IMG/VR virus record: IMGVR_UViG_3300036770_005874
Span: 5,073-69,072 of that record
DNA length: 64,000 nucleotides
DNA from: a virus
Direction: 5' to 3' (one strand)
The notes beneath the pieces were generated by a model. That model searched no databases. It was not told the DNA's origin and saw only the letters and a list, made by a program, of their open reading frames with translations. Position numbers and translations under genes: made by a program. Position 1 is the first letter of the stretch; each line of letters begins with the position of its first letter. This document shows, in pieces, positions 1 to 8,851 of this stretch.

Positions 1-6
1 ATCGGC

Positions 7-1479
7 TCACGCTCTGCGGTCCAGCTGCTGCTTGATCCGCCGCCCGATCCAGCGCACCACTGGTACCGCCTTGCTATTGCCGATGGCCTTGTAGCGCGGG
101 CCGTCCGGGCATTCCTCGGCGGTTTTGCCGCGCCATGGGATCAGCGTGTGGTCGTCGGGCATACCCTGCAGGCGTTCGCACTCACGCGGGGTAAGACGCC
201 GAACGCCGGACACGGCAACCAGCATGTCGGCTTCCGTCACCGGATTGCTGTTGTTACGCTGATTGCCGGCGCGCAGTGTTGGTGCCACCACGGCGACCTG
301 GCCGCCGGCATTGGCATGGCTCTCGCCGTGGCCCATGGCGCGGAGCGTGGGTGAAAGCTCGCCAGCGTCAGCGCCATAGTCCTTGCAGCTGAATGCGAGT
401 ACAGCGTTCTCTTGAACGTTGTTGCGGCCGAGGGTGTGAGCCTGATCCAATTCTACGCATGGATCTTGCGTGCCGTGCACCACAAAGGTTTCCGTCTCGG
501 CATCCATCCGCATGCCGCCTGGGTGGGCGCTCAAGGCGGTGCTGACGTCGGTCTGCTGGCAATTGGCGCCGCCACCGAAGGCGACCAGCAGACCCTGCTC
601 GGCATCCTGCAGCGTGGCGGAGCCTGCTGCCTTGCCGCCGGCTTGTAGGGTGCCGGCGATGAGGTTTGTCGGCAGGCAATCATTTCCAGCCGGGATGCCG
701 CCGTTCTTCCCGTAGCTGGAGGTGACAGTGGCAGCAGTCAGGGGGATATCGTCATGGCTGTATCCACCGTCGCGGCGAGCGCCGCCAGCAATGGTGCCGG
801 TAGGGTTTTCCCCCTGGCTTCGGCGCGGCGGATGATCCCGGCGCATGCTTTCGGACTCAAGAAGTACCGCTGCGGGATCGAAGTCTGCTCGAGCACTTGC
901 GACAACGAACACACGGCGGCGTCGTTGGGCCACTCCGAAATATTGGGCATCCAGCACCCGCCACGCGGCTGCTCGCTTGGGTCCATACACACAACCAGCG
1001 TTCGTCCACCTTCCCCCTGACGGGAGGAGCGCATCGGATTCGCCCACCAGGGCCCCGAGGAAGCAGCCGAACGCGTTGCCTTTGTCGGAGAGGACTCCTG
1101 GCACGTTTTCCCAGACGACGATGCACTCGTCTCCTGCGGGGCGAACATGGTCAACTGCATCTGCCAGCTCCACGAATTTAATAGTTAGGGCGCCACGCGG
1201 ATCGGCCAGGCCAGCACGCATTCCGGCCACGCTGAACGCCTGGCAGGGGGTGCCGCCGACGAGGATCAGCGGCGCGGCGATGATGCCGAGCAGGACCTCG
1301 CGGCACAGCTTGGTCATGTCGCCCAGGTTGGGGACCTTCGGCCAGCGGTACGCCAGCACGGCGGACGGGAAGGGCTCTATCTCGGCGAACCAGCGGGGCT
1401 TGAAGTCCAGGCATTCCCAGGCCAGAGACGCCGCCTCGATGCCGCTGCAGATTGAGCCGTAGTCGATAGCGCAGGTCAT
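7..1479 (-). CDS. DNA (cytosine-5) methyltransferase
   Basis: Motifs SICSGIEA, GGTPCQ, WENVPG, AQRRRR, RRLTPRECERLQG, YKAIGNS. Confidence 0.95.
   Translation of the reverse strand: MTCAIDYGSICSGIEAASLAWECLDFKPRWFAEIEPFPSAVLAYRWPKVPNLGDMTKLCREVLLGIIAAPLILVGGTPCQAFSVAGMRAGLADPRGALTIKFVELADAVDHVRPAGDECIVVWENVPGVLSDKGNAFGCFLGALVGESDALLPSGGRWTNAGCVYGPKRAAAWRVLDAQYFGVAQRRRRVFVVASARADFDPAAVLLESESMRRDHPPRRSQGENPTGTIAGGARRDGGYSHDDIPLTAATVTSSYGKNGGIPAGNDCLPTNLIAGTLQAGGKAAGSATLQDAEQGLLVAFGGGANCQQTDVSTALSAHPGGMRMDAETETFVVHGTQDPCVELDQAHTLGRNNVQENAVLAFSCKDYGADAGELSPTLRAMGHGESHANAGGQVAVVAPTLRAGNQRNNSNPVTEADMLVAVSGVRRLTPRECERLQGMPDDHTLIPWRGKTAEECPDGPRYKAIGNSKAVPVVRWIGRRIKQQLDRRA
738..1160 (-). CDS. Overprinted ORF within methylase (M.EcoHK31I beta-subunit-like)
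   Basis: Alternative frame, GGAG 7 nt before ATG, SLSQVLE...PQRYFLSPKACAGIIRRA segment. Confidence 0.55.
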   Translation of the reverse strand: MQLTMFAPQETSASSSGKTCQESSPTKATRSAASSGPWWANPMRSSRQGEGGRTLVVCMDPSEQPRGGCWMPNISEWPNDAAVCSLSQVLEQTSIPQRYFLSPKACAGIIRRAEARGKTLPAPLLAALAATVDTAMTISP

Positions 1480-1573
1480 GCGTACCTCAGAACAGGGCCA
1501 TCTGTAGGTCGAGCGTCGCCACGCCGCTGGGGTAAACTCAGCGGCATATAGATCAACTCAAGGATGGCGGTGC

Positions 1574-1861
1574 GTGAATAAGGTTTTGATTGTTGGTTTG
1601 TCGCTGTTTGGACTGACTGCCTGTGGCGGCGAAGAGGGGCCCTCTACCAGCACGCATGAGCGTTGGGCTGCAGCCTGCGAGGAAATGGAGCGGAACAACG
1701 ATAAGTTCTGGGAAGTTTCCGTAGGAGCTTGTCGTAATGCCGATTCCCTATCTGAAGCTCAGATAGCTGAGCTGCTGAAGTTTTACGAGGCTGCTCAGTC
1801 TGCTGAGGACAAAGTGAGGAATGTCGAAGCAGAGGGGCGCCAGAAGGGTTACACCCAATAG
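1574..1861 (+). CDS. Putative lipoprotein (moron)
   Basis: Signal peptide with lipobox LTAC; AAGGA RBS; opposite strand to flanking early genes. Confidence 0.75.
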   Translation: MNKVLIVGLSLFGLTACGGEEGPSTSTHERWAAACEEMERNNDKFWEVSVGACRNADSLSEAQIAELLKFYEAAQSAEDKVRNVEAEGRQKGYTQ

Positions 1862-2050
1862 CAATTGGCGCGCTCTAACCAGGTATCAGCTACCAGCCTG
1901 TTCTGACAACTTGAGCAGGCTAGAGTGATCACTGCGTATTGCTGGGCTTGCTGGGTGACGCGGAGGCAGTCGGCGACTTGCTGACCATCTGTTCAGGCTT
2001 CGCATGTGCTGGCAGACTGCCTGCACACATCAGCCTCAGGGACGACAACG

Positions 2051-2821
2051 ATGCTTCGAGCGATTGTTCTGGCCTGCCTTTTGGCAGTGACCAATGCGCA
2101 TGCTGCAGCACTACAACCAGCGCCTTTCAACCAGCAGGCTGTCGACGAGATTGCCCGCCACTGGAACCAGACCTATCCCCAGTTCCAGGCTGAGTCGGCC
2201 CAGTACCCCGGTGACTCACCGGAAGCACTGGTGATCCTCGCGGGCTACTTGCACGACGCCTTCGCATCGGCCGGCTACAGCCTGGACGAGACGCTGTACA
2301 TCTACCTTTCGCAGAGCAGCCCTGGCGCCATACAGATGCACCAGTTCGCATCGCTCTCTGGTCTTGGCACGGTGATACTGGGGCTCGACGGTGGCGGCCC
2401 GAAGTCCGTCTACCTGGTAAACGCCGAGATCCTTTCCAAGCGCACGTACGATTACCTGCGGAAGCTGTCCACGAATGTGCCCATCGAGGAGGCCAACTAC
2501 ATCCTCGAGGGCACCCGTGGCGACAGCATCAGCGGTGAAGGCGTTGTGCGGAATGAGTTCCGCGAACTCGGGCGCCTGGTGCTCGGCGAGGATGAGTGGG
2601 AGGGGTGGGTAGTGTTCAAGGAAGGTGAACTGCTCACTACTGCCGGCCGCCCCGTAGGAGTGGCCGACCTTCGCAATGCGTCGGCCGACTACCGCGAGTT
2701 CGTCATGTCCATCGTCAACCAGAAGCGCTTCCTGAAGATTCAGGGCGTCACGGTGCGGGCACCTGGAACAGAGACTGTCTTCGACGAGACGCAGGACATC
2801 CTCATCCTCATGCTGAAGTAA
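2051..2821 (+). CDS. Hypothetical exported protein (moron)
   Basis: Signal peptide MLRAIVLACLLAVTNAHA; ATG at 2051. Confidence 0.75.
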   Translation: MLRAIVLACLLAVTNAHAAALQPAPFNQQAVDEIARHWNQTYPQFQAESAQYPGDSPEALVILAGYLHDAFASAGYSLDETLYIYLSQSSPGAIQMHQFASLSGLGTVILGLDGGGPKSVYLVNAEILSKRTYDYLRKLSTNVPIEEANYILEGTRGDSISGEGVVRNEFRELGRLVLGEDEWEGWVVFKEGELLTTAGRPVGVADLRNASADYREFVMSIVNQKRFLKIQGVTVRAPGTETVFDETQDILILMLK

Positions 2822-2866
2822 CGCGCGGTTTTCGATCAGAGGCCGGCAGTCCCTGGGCGGCAGGTT

Positions 2867-3436
2867 CTACGTGGCGTTGCGCAAGGCCTGCAGGGCGAAG
2901 TAGATGCGGGCGCAGGCCTGGGCATCGGGCATTGCGCGGTGCGCCTCCTGCAGCTCTTCGCCAAAGAAGTGCTTGTAGGCCTCGGCCAGCGTGGGAACCT
3001 TCTTGAGGCCGACGGGGGCGCGCGACTTGTTGCAGGTGCAGAACTTCTCGCTGGCATCTCGGTATGCGTTGGCCTGCTCCTCGCTGCGGTAGCGCATCAG
3101 GGCGATGCGGACGATCCGGTCGTCGAAGTTGATGTTGTGAGCCGCGCGGATGTTGGCCCGGGCATGCAGCGACAGAAATCCCTCCAGCGCCTCGGCCTCG
3201 CTGATTCCTACATCCATGGCCATCTCATGGGTGATGCCGTGAACCTTGGCGACCTCGTCGGTGATCACCCAGCCGTCAGGGCGGACGATGGCGCTGAAGG
3301 TTTCCTCGGCCTGGCCGTCGACTCCGTGCAGGATGGCTGCGATCTCAACGATGTGGGGCTGATGCGGGGCTTCGCTCGGCGCCGGAAAGTCAGGGAAGCC
3401 AGTGGATTCGGTGTCGAAGACGATTACCTTGCTCAT
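2867..3436 (-). CDS. DEDDh 3'-5' exonuclease (DnaQ-like)
   Basis: VFDTESTG, AHNINFD, AHRAMPD motifs. Confidence 0.9.
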   Translation of the reverse strand: MSKVIVFDTESTGFPDFPAPSEAPHQPHIVEIAAILHGVDGQAEETFSAIVRPDGWVITDEVAKVHGITHEMAMDVGISEAEALEGFLSLHARANIRAAHNINFDDRIVRIALMRYRSEEQANAYRDASEKFCTCNKSRAPVGLKKVPTLAEAYKHFFGEELQEAHRAMPDAQACARIYFALQALRNAT

Positions 3437-3786
3437 GCTTTGCTCCGTTGCGGCAGGCTGATGCTGTGCCGCGCGATGAATTGTTCGAAGGCTACGGGGC
3501 CGAGGCCCAGCTTCTTGCGGATCTCCTCGTTCGGTAGCCGTGCATTGGCCAGGGCCCGCGCACGCTTTGCCAGGTCCTGGTCGCGCTGCTCAAGCTCCCG
3601 ACGGCTGCAGCCGTAAATGCGGGTGGTGGCGATCGAACGCTGGCGCAGGTTGCCTTTCGGCTCCGGCGCGCGAGCGGTGATGGCGAGTTGCTCGATCTGG
3701 CCGCCCTTGGCCAGGTAGTCATCGCAGGCCTTGGCAAGCAGGCTGCGCAGCGGCTCCAAGCGTTCGCTGGTGTTTTGTCCGAGCAT
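3433..3786 (-). CDS. Phage hypothetical protein
   Basis: ATGA overlap with exonuclease gene; YLAKGGQI motif typical of phage early proteins. Confidence 0.7.
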   Translation of the reverse strand: MLGQNTSERLEPLRSLLAKACDDYLAKGGQIEQLAITARAPEPKGNLRQRSIATTRIYGCSRRELEQRDQDLAKRARALANARLPNEEIRKKLGLGPVAFEQFIARHSISLPQRSKA

Positions 3787-3808
3787 GTGGTCCTCGGTAT
3801 CTGGGGGG

Positions 3809-4126
3809 TTACTGTTCGGTGCGGTCGAGTTGGGCGGCCTGGAGCCTGCCCTGGCGGTAGAGTTCGCGCGCCACGTCTTCCGATAGCGCGAATTCGTGGC
3901 GCGCGATCACTAGCGCTGAGGTGGAGCCATCCGGGCCCAGAGCGTGGGCATTCCAGATCAGCAGCTGAATGGCCTCGGCCTGCTCGGTGATCCCGTGCCA
4001 GGCCATCAGCTCCTCCAGCTTGTCGCGGGTTCCGCGTCGGCAGCGGTGGCGCAGCTCCTTCTCGTCCAGCTCGATGCGCTTGGCGACGGCTTTCTCGTCG
4101 CGCTCCTTCTGGCTTTTGGCGGCCAT
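3809..4126 (-). CDS. Phage hypothetical protein (possible DNA-binding)
   Basis: In operon, basic N-terminus, host-like codon usage. Confidence 0.75.
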   Translation of the reverse strand: MAAKSQKERDEKAVAKRIELDEKELRHRCRRGTRDKLEELMAWHGITEQAEAIQLLIWNAHALGPDGSTSALVIARHEFALSEDVARELYRQGRLQAAQLDRTEQ

Positions 4127-4136
4127 GCAGGCGTCC

Positions 4137-5858
4137 CTACGCGACGGCCTGGCTGACCTGCACGCTCTGGATGTGAGCGATCAGGGCAGCGCAGATGCGC
4201 GGGAAGTCGTTGGCGCGGTAGAGCTTGGCTGCGCGCTCCTGCTCGACCGGGTCGAAGCCCAGCGAGGATAGGAAGTCTGCGGTCAGCGTGAAGCCGAGGC
4301 GGGTAGTGATGTCGCCCAGCTTGATGCGCTGGCCGTTGTCGGCTGCCAACTGGGTGATCGGCGTCACCGCGGCGGTGGCGACTGGTGCAGCTGCAGGGGC
4401 AGGGGTGGCCTCGATCGCCTCGGCCGTTGCGACCGGCTCCGGCGATTGGATCTGCTCGACCTGCTGGGGTGCCGGCGTCGGCTCCACTGCAGCTGCAGCC
4501 GCCTGCTGCTGAGCCAGGCGCTCCTGCTCGGCTTCAGCTTCACGCTCGGCCTGCTCGGCGGCCTGCCTGGTGCGTTCCTCCTCGGCCTGTTGGTGCTCGT
4601 TGATGCGGACCTTGATCAGCGCCACCAGGTCGTCGTTGGCCTTGAGCACAAGGTCCTGGGCATCGTGGAACAGGAACGCATGACCCCGGGCCAGCTCGTT
4701 CAGGCTGTTGAGGTTGGCGCGGATGCCGTCAGCGATGCGACTGGCCTCGATCTTGGCGCGGGCCAGCTCGCCGTCGGCGGCTTCCTTCAGGCTGGAAACC
4801 GCCTTCTTGCCCTTGATCACGCCGGCGAAGTCCGCGGCGATGCGCGGCAGGCGAATTTTGCCGCCCAGCGTGGCGTTGATCTGATCGACATGAGCCTGGA
4901 GCGCCTTGGCGGCGTCCATCACGATATCCTCGCGGATCGATTTCTTGCGGGTCTCTACCAGCTTGCTCAGTTCCAGGCGCTTGGCGCGGGCCTGCTCGGC
5001 AATCTGATCGATGGTGCGGAACAGCTCGTCGATGCTGGCCGTCTGGCTCAAGGCATGGCGCTTGGCTGCTTCCAGGCGATCCTCGACGTCCTCCTTCAAC
5101 CACTTCACTGTCTTGTCGGCGTCGGCGAAGTCCTGGTCATCCTGCAGATCGGTCTTGATGGAGCCGATCACGCCGAAGGCGTGCTGCTTGAAGGCGTCCA
5201 GGTTGCTGGCGGTCACCATCCCGGTAACTTCGATACGCAGCGCGGGCAGGGCATCGGGTGCAGAACCTACAACCTCGACCTTGGCCGACTGCGGCACGAA
5301 CTCAGCCAGGTCCTGCTCGAACTGCTTCCAGCCGGCCACCAGCTGCTCGGCGCGGCCGGGCACCGGGCGGTACTCCATGTGCTCGAAGTTCTCGCGGGTG
5401 CCGTCGGAGCAGACGAAGATCACGCGCTCGGCGCCGCTGACCAGCAGCTGCTGCTCCAGCTGCCAGTAGTAGTGCGGTTCCAGCTCACCGGCGCGTACCT
5501 GGGCAGCGAGGTTCTGGCCCCACAGCTTGTGCTCGAACAGGGTCTCGCCGAGCATCGTCGCGCCGTCCATGCTGGCCAGCAGGTTGCCCTCGGTTCCAAC
5601 GATGGGGAAGAGCTCCTCGCCGATCAACTCCTCGACCAGCGGTCGGGCCATGGCCTCCGTCGCATGGCCTTGGTCGAAGAGGCGCTGCACGGCGCCGTCG
5701 ACCTCCGGCACGATGCCGGTCTTCTTCTGGGTCAGAAGCTCGTTGCGGGTCTGGTACTTCGAGACGCCCATCATTGCGGGTGCCTCGGAGGCGGTGAAGT
5801 AGTTGGCGCGGAGGGAATGCCACTCGGGGCTGCCCTGCAGGACGTTATGCACTTGCAT
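4137..5858 (-). CDS. YqaJ/lambda-exonuclease family protein with long coiled-coil extension
   Basis: QGSPEW...TASEA, LASMDG, FEHK, YYWQLEQQL motifs. Confidence 0.9.
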   Translation of the reverse strand: MQVHNVLQGSPEWHSLRANYFTASEAPAMMGVSKYQTRNELLTQKKTGIVPEVDGAVQRLFDQGHATEAMARPLVEELIGEELFPIVGTEGNLLASMDGATMLGETLFEHKLWGQNLAAQVRAGELEPHYYWQLEQQLLVSGAERVIFVCSDGTRENFEHMEYRPVPGRAEQLVAGWKQFEQDLAEFVPQSAKVEVVGSAPDALPALRIEVTGMVTASNLDAFKQHAFGVIGSIKTDLQDDQDFADADKTVKWLKEDVEDRLEAAKRHALSQTASIDELFRTIDQIAEQARAKRLELSKLVETRKKSIREDIVMDAAKALQAHVDQINATLGGKIRLPRIAADFAGVIKGKKAVSSLKEAADGELARAKIEASRIADGIRANLNSLNELARGHAFLFHDAQDLVLKANDDLVALIKVRINEHQQAEEERTRQAAEQAEREAEAEQERLAQQQAAAAAVEPTPAPQQVEQIQSPEPVATAEAIEATPAPAAAPVATAAVTPITQLAADNGQRIKLGDITTRLGFTLTADFLSSLGFDPVEQERAAKLYRANDFPRICAALIAHIQSVQVSQAVA

Positions 5859-6753
5859 CGGTGGCCTCTCCTTCGATAGGCGCGAGCGCGCGGATCTTGT
5901 CCTTCTGCTCGTCGCTGAGGGTGTACTTGCTGCTGATCGTGTTGATCAGGTGGTCGGGGCTGGTCTTCTTCGCCGCGATTCGCTCGCGCCACTGCTCGCT
6001 GCTGGCGTCCAGCTGGGCGTCTGGGTAGGGCGGTAGCTCCTGTGGAGCTGCGGCGGCCGGCGGCGGGGTGATGTCGCGCATCACTGGCGCTTCATCCAGC
6101 TCGTCGGGGGTGTAGACGCCGAGGATCACATCGGGGCAGTACAGGCGGGACCAGCGTTTGGTCGCCAAGTACGCCAGCTGCTGTTTCGGGTCGTCTGCCC
6201 AGAGCGTGGAATTGCGGGTACGCGCCTGGATCAGCAGCAGCTCGAGCACGCGGGGCTCGGTTTCGCCCTTGAGGGTGGCCCATACCCGAACACCAAGGCC
6301 TTGCTCGTCCTGCATGGTCCAGTTGGGAACTCGGTACTTCTTCTTCTCACCAGTATCCTCGTCGACCTTGGACTTGCTCTCGCCCTCGCGGAATTTACCG
6401 ATGACCTTGCTCCAGTCGCCGAACCACTCGAAGTGCAGGCGGTCCTTGGTCGGCGCCAGCGCGGTGATCACCGCATTGACCAGCTGCGCCTCGTAACCCA
6501 GCGTGCCGTTGACGACGTGCGTTTTCTGGGCAACGGCGAACGGGTTCATCTTCCATTGCATCGACTGCATGATCACCGCCATGCAGTCCGCTGGGTTCTT
6601 CTGAAGGTGCTTCGGTACCGTGGCGATGCCCCCGGACATTACCTTGGCTACCTCCATGATTTGCTGGAAGGCCTGGCCATCCAGCACTAGGGCGCTGGTC
6701 ATGGTGTTCGGCGTGGCAACCGATGCCAGCGTGCTCTCGACAGGTGCATTCAT
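5845..6753 (-). CDS. recT: RecT-family single-strand annealing protein
   Basis: VPKHLQ..PADC, MNPFAVAQKT, LGYEAQL, WADDPKQQLAY, CPDVILGVYTPDE. Confidence 0.9.
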   Translation of the reverse strand: MNAPVESTLASVATPNTMTSALVLDGQAFQQIMEVAKVMSGGIATVPKHLQKNPADCMAVIMQSMQWKMNPFAVAQKTHVVNGTLGYEAQLVNAVITALAPTKDRLHFEWFGDWSKVIGKFREGESKSKVDEDTGEKKKYRVPNWTMQDEQGLGVRVWATLKGETEPRVLELLLIQARTRNSTLWADDPKQQLAYLATKRWSRLYCPDVILGVYTPDELDEAPVMRDITPPPAAAAPQELPPYPDAQLDASSEQWRERIAAKKTSPDHLINTISSKYTLSDEQKDKIRALAPIEGEATDASA

Positions 6754-6959
6754 TCCAGCTCTCCCTTGCGGAATGCCTGGTAGTCATCCTCGGTGGCAGT
6801 GCTCACGTTGCGGACGTCGGCGGGGTTCTTGTGCTGCTCGTGGAGCTTGCGCTGGGCGGCCATGAACAGGCTGCGATCCCAGACGCGGTGGTAGTTGACG
6901 ACAGGCGAGTGCCGGCCGCTCGGATCGTCCAGGCGGACATAGAGATCGGTGGATTGCAT
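6750..6959 (-). CDS. Phage hypothetical protein
   Basis: ATG at 6959 (MQSTDLYVRL), overlaps recT start. Confidence 0.6.
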   Translation of the reverse strand: MQSTDLYVRLDDPSGRHSPVVNYHRVWDRSLFMAAQRKLHEQHKNPADVRNVSTATEDDYQAFRKGELE

Positions 6960-6967
6960 GGGGGCTC

Positions 6968-7087
6968 TCAGGAAGTAATGGTGTCGGCAATGGCCGGCAA
7001 GATGACGATGAGGGTGAAGAGGAGCAGGGCAGCGGCACACTCTTTCCAGAGAGCTACCCGGCGGGCGCGCTGTTCAGGAGTGGCCAC
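6968..7087 (-). CDS. Small membrane protein (39 aa)
   Basis: GGAGG RBS, GTG start, MATPEQRARRVALW plus hydrophobic helix; read manually. Confidence 0.5.
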   Translation of the reverse strand: MATPEQRARRVALWKECAAALLLFTLIVILPAIADTITS

Positions 7088-7208
7088 GGGGCACCTCCCG
7101 CAACCGCCGCCCCTTGGTCAGCGCCTGCTGGTGCAAGTCCCTGGTCGTGTGGATGCCCATGGCGGCGAGTACGCGAATTGCTGCACGGAGACTGCTGACG
7201 TTGCTCAT
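7074..7208 (-). CDS. Small hypothetical protein (44 aa)
   Basis: ATGA overlap with upstream ORF; MSNVSSLRAAIRVL; read manually. Confidence 0.45.
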   Translation of the reverse strand: MSNVSSLRAAIRVLAAMGIHTTRDLHQQALTKGRRLREVPRGHS

Positions 7209-7444
7209 GAAGGGCTCCCGATCAGTCGTTCATTGCGGAGGTAGCGCAGGCGCTGCCGGCGTGTGGTGGTGGCAATCTCGATGCGGCGCATCCAGTAGCC
7301 GAACTCCACGTCGTCGAGCAGTTCAGTGGCCAGGGCCATTTCCAGCATGCCGGCGGCCTTGCTGCTGTCAGGTGCTACCGACTGGCTGATGTTCTTCAGC
7401 TGCGTCTCGATCAGCGCGATTGCCTTTTCCTTGGCTCTATCCAT
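7205..7444 (-). CDS. Phage hypothetical protein
   Basis: AGGA RBS; coupled to neighbours. Confidence 0.65.
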   Translation of the reverse strand: MDRAKEKAIALIETQLKNISQSVAPDSSKAAGMLEMALATELLDDVEFGYWMRRIEIATTTRRQRLRYLRNERLIGSPS

Positions 7445-7796
7445 GAGGTTCCTTCTCCATCTGGCTGTTGATCAGCCGTTCGGCGGCGGCCCGTATAGGC
7501 TCGCGGAAGCGTTCGGCCAGTCTGCTCGCCAGCTCCTGCTCACCTCGCAGGACTGCCAGCACCAACTGCAGCAGGGGGGATTCGTGATCGTCGGCCTCAG
7601 CGATCGCGTCTGTACCGACCTCGTTGAAGCCGGGGTCGTGGAATGGGGCGCCGGTGCCGAAGAAGGGCACCCGGTCGGCGTCCTCGGCTTTCATCAGCAG
7701 GGCCACCTGGCCGGCCAGGTAGTCAGCTGCGCCGTCGTCTTCTGGTGGTGATGCGAAGTCGTGGCGGCGCTGGGCCGCCTTCAGTGCTGCGTTCAC
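7437..7796 (-). CDS. Phage hypothetical protein
   Basis: GAGG RBS before GTG at 7796; the longer track ORF overlaps the tRNA. Confidence 0.65.
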   Translation of the reverse strand: MNAALKAAQRRHDFASPPEDDGAADYLAGQVALLMKAEDADRVPFFGTGAPFHDPGFNEVGTDAIAEADDHESPLLQLVLAVLRGEQELASRLAERFREPIRAAAERLINSQMEKEPHG

Positions 7797-7898
7797 GGGT
7801 GATACCTCGCTGTCGCGTGCATAGGTCGCCGCCCTGGCCGAGTGCAGACCTTCCGCAAGGTCACCCGGTAAGGCGGCGGCGTATGGAGGCGGGGGATA

Positions 7899-7974
7899 TG
7901 GAGCCGGCAGCAGGGTTCGAACCCGCGACATCCTGATTACAGGTCAGGCGCTCTACCAACTGAGTTATGCCGGC
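7899..7974 (-). tRNA. tRNA-Thr(UGU), atypical C33
   Basis: 76-nt cloverleaf: GCCGGCA/TGCCGGC acceptor, CCTGA-CCTGTAA-TCAGG anticodon arm, GGTTCGAAC T-loop, encoded CCA. Confidence 0.9.
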
Positions 7975-7999
7975 AAAAAGGCCCCGGTGTGAGCGGGGC
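7975..7999 (-). terminator. Intrinsic terminator directly 5' of tRNA
   Basis: GCCCCG-CTCACAC-CGGGGC followed by CTTTTT on the minus strand. Confidence 0.6.
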
Positions 8000-8201
8000 A
8001 AGTGCTGATGAAAGAGTTGATGCGGGGAACGCATCGGAGAGCGGCCTGGCCAGCGGCTGGACACCCATGCCGCACCGCCAGCCTGGCCGCTCTCCGATAC
8101 GCCCTGGTGGGTGATCGGGGCCGAATGCCGGGGTGGCCAACCCCTTGCAGGCCGGGCTGCTCCAGCTGCCCGGGCGGCGACCCCGAACCGACTCGGCGGG
8201 G

Positions 8202-8393
8202 TCAGTTGGCGGCAGGCTGCTGCCCGCCGCTTTCCTTCTGGATGCGCTGGTAGATCTCTTCACGGTGCACGGCCACGTCCTTCGGCGCATTGACGCCGAC
8301 CTTGACCTGGTTGCCGTTGACTCCGGCGATCGTCACGGTGATGTCGTTACCGATGTAGAGGGTTTCGCCAATGCGGCGGGTGAGTATCAGCAT
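8202..8393 (-). CDS. csrA: CsrA/RsmA family RNA-binding protein
   Basis: [15 protein letters not shown]...[24 protein letters not shown]; AAGGAGAAGGA RBS. Confidence 0.95.
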   Translation of the reverse strand: MLILTRRIGETLYIGNDITVTIAGVNGNQVKVGVNAPKDVAVHREEIYQRIQKESGGQQPAAN

Positions 8394-8661
8394 GGTCCTT
8401 CTCCTTGGGTGGTTGGCATCCCAGAGCACCCGGTTGCCCAGGTGCTCCAGTGATGCTTCCCATCGCGATCCGCTACTGGCGTCGATCGCGAAGGTGACTC
8501 TGATGTCGCAGTCATCGCCCCGAAGCGCCGGTTCCCCAAACGCTGCAGCGCAATGCCTGCGTGTGCACACCGGCTTACCGAGGTCGATACAGCGACGATC
8601 AGGGAGGCTCCTGCCTATAACCGTGCTAACGACCTTTCCCGGCCGGCGTGCGTGAGATGTG

Positions 8662-8674
8662 TTGTTAAAGAGCG
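8662..8674 (-). promoter_or_regulatory. boxA antitermination element (nutL-like)
   Basis: CGCTCTTTAACAA on the minus strand just downstream of the pL-like promoter. Confidence 0.8.
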
Positions 8675-8719
8675 AGCCCGCTTTCGCAGGCTTGCTTGGT
8701 CATTCGGCGAGGTTCGCGA

Positions 8720-8779
8720 ATAACTCAAGTTATGGGCAATAATAACCAGGGTTCTGGCTTTGTCAATAACTAAAGTTAT
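8720..8779 (-). promoter_or_regulatory. pL/OL: three ATAAC-N4-GTTAT operators overlapping promoter
   Basis: Sites at 8720, 8742, 8766; TTGACA (8761-8766) and TATTAT (8739-8744) on the minus strand. Confidence 0.8.
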
Positions 8780-8821
8780 GTGGAGGTCGGGAGGGTTGAG
8801 GAGGTTGTTATTGTTCGGATA

Positions 8822-8837
8822 CTGTATGGATGTACAG
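8822..8837. promoter_or_regulatory. LexA (SOS) box
   Basis: CTGTATGGATGTACAG matches CTG-N10-CAG. Confidence 0.85.
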
Positions 8838-8851
8838 TACAAGGAGGGCGT

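Noticed and set aside
4446-5879. Long antisense ORFs (also 19339-20829, 22554-23858, 26735-27979, 48863-50602, 52655-54004, 54737-56077)
   Set aside because: Shadow frames of high-GC genes, with no motifs
8394-8570. N-terminal extension of CsrA or an N-like antiterminator ORF
   Set aside because: Strong RBS at ATG 8393; the extension is not protein-like and the region is hairpin-rich leader
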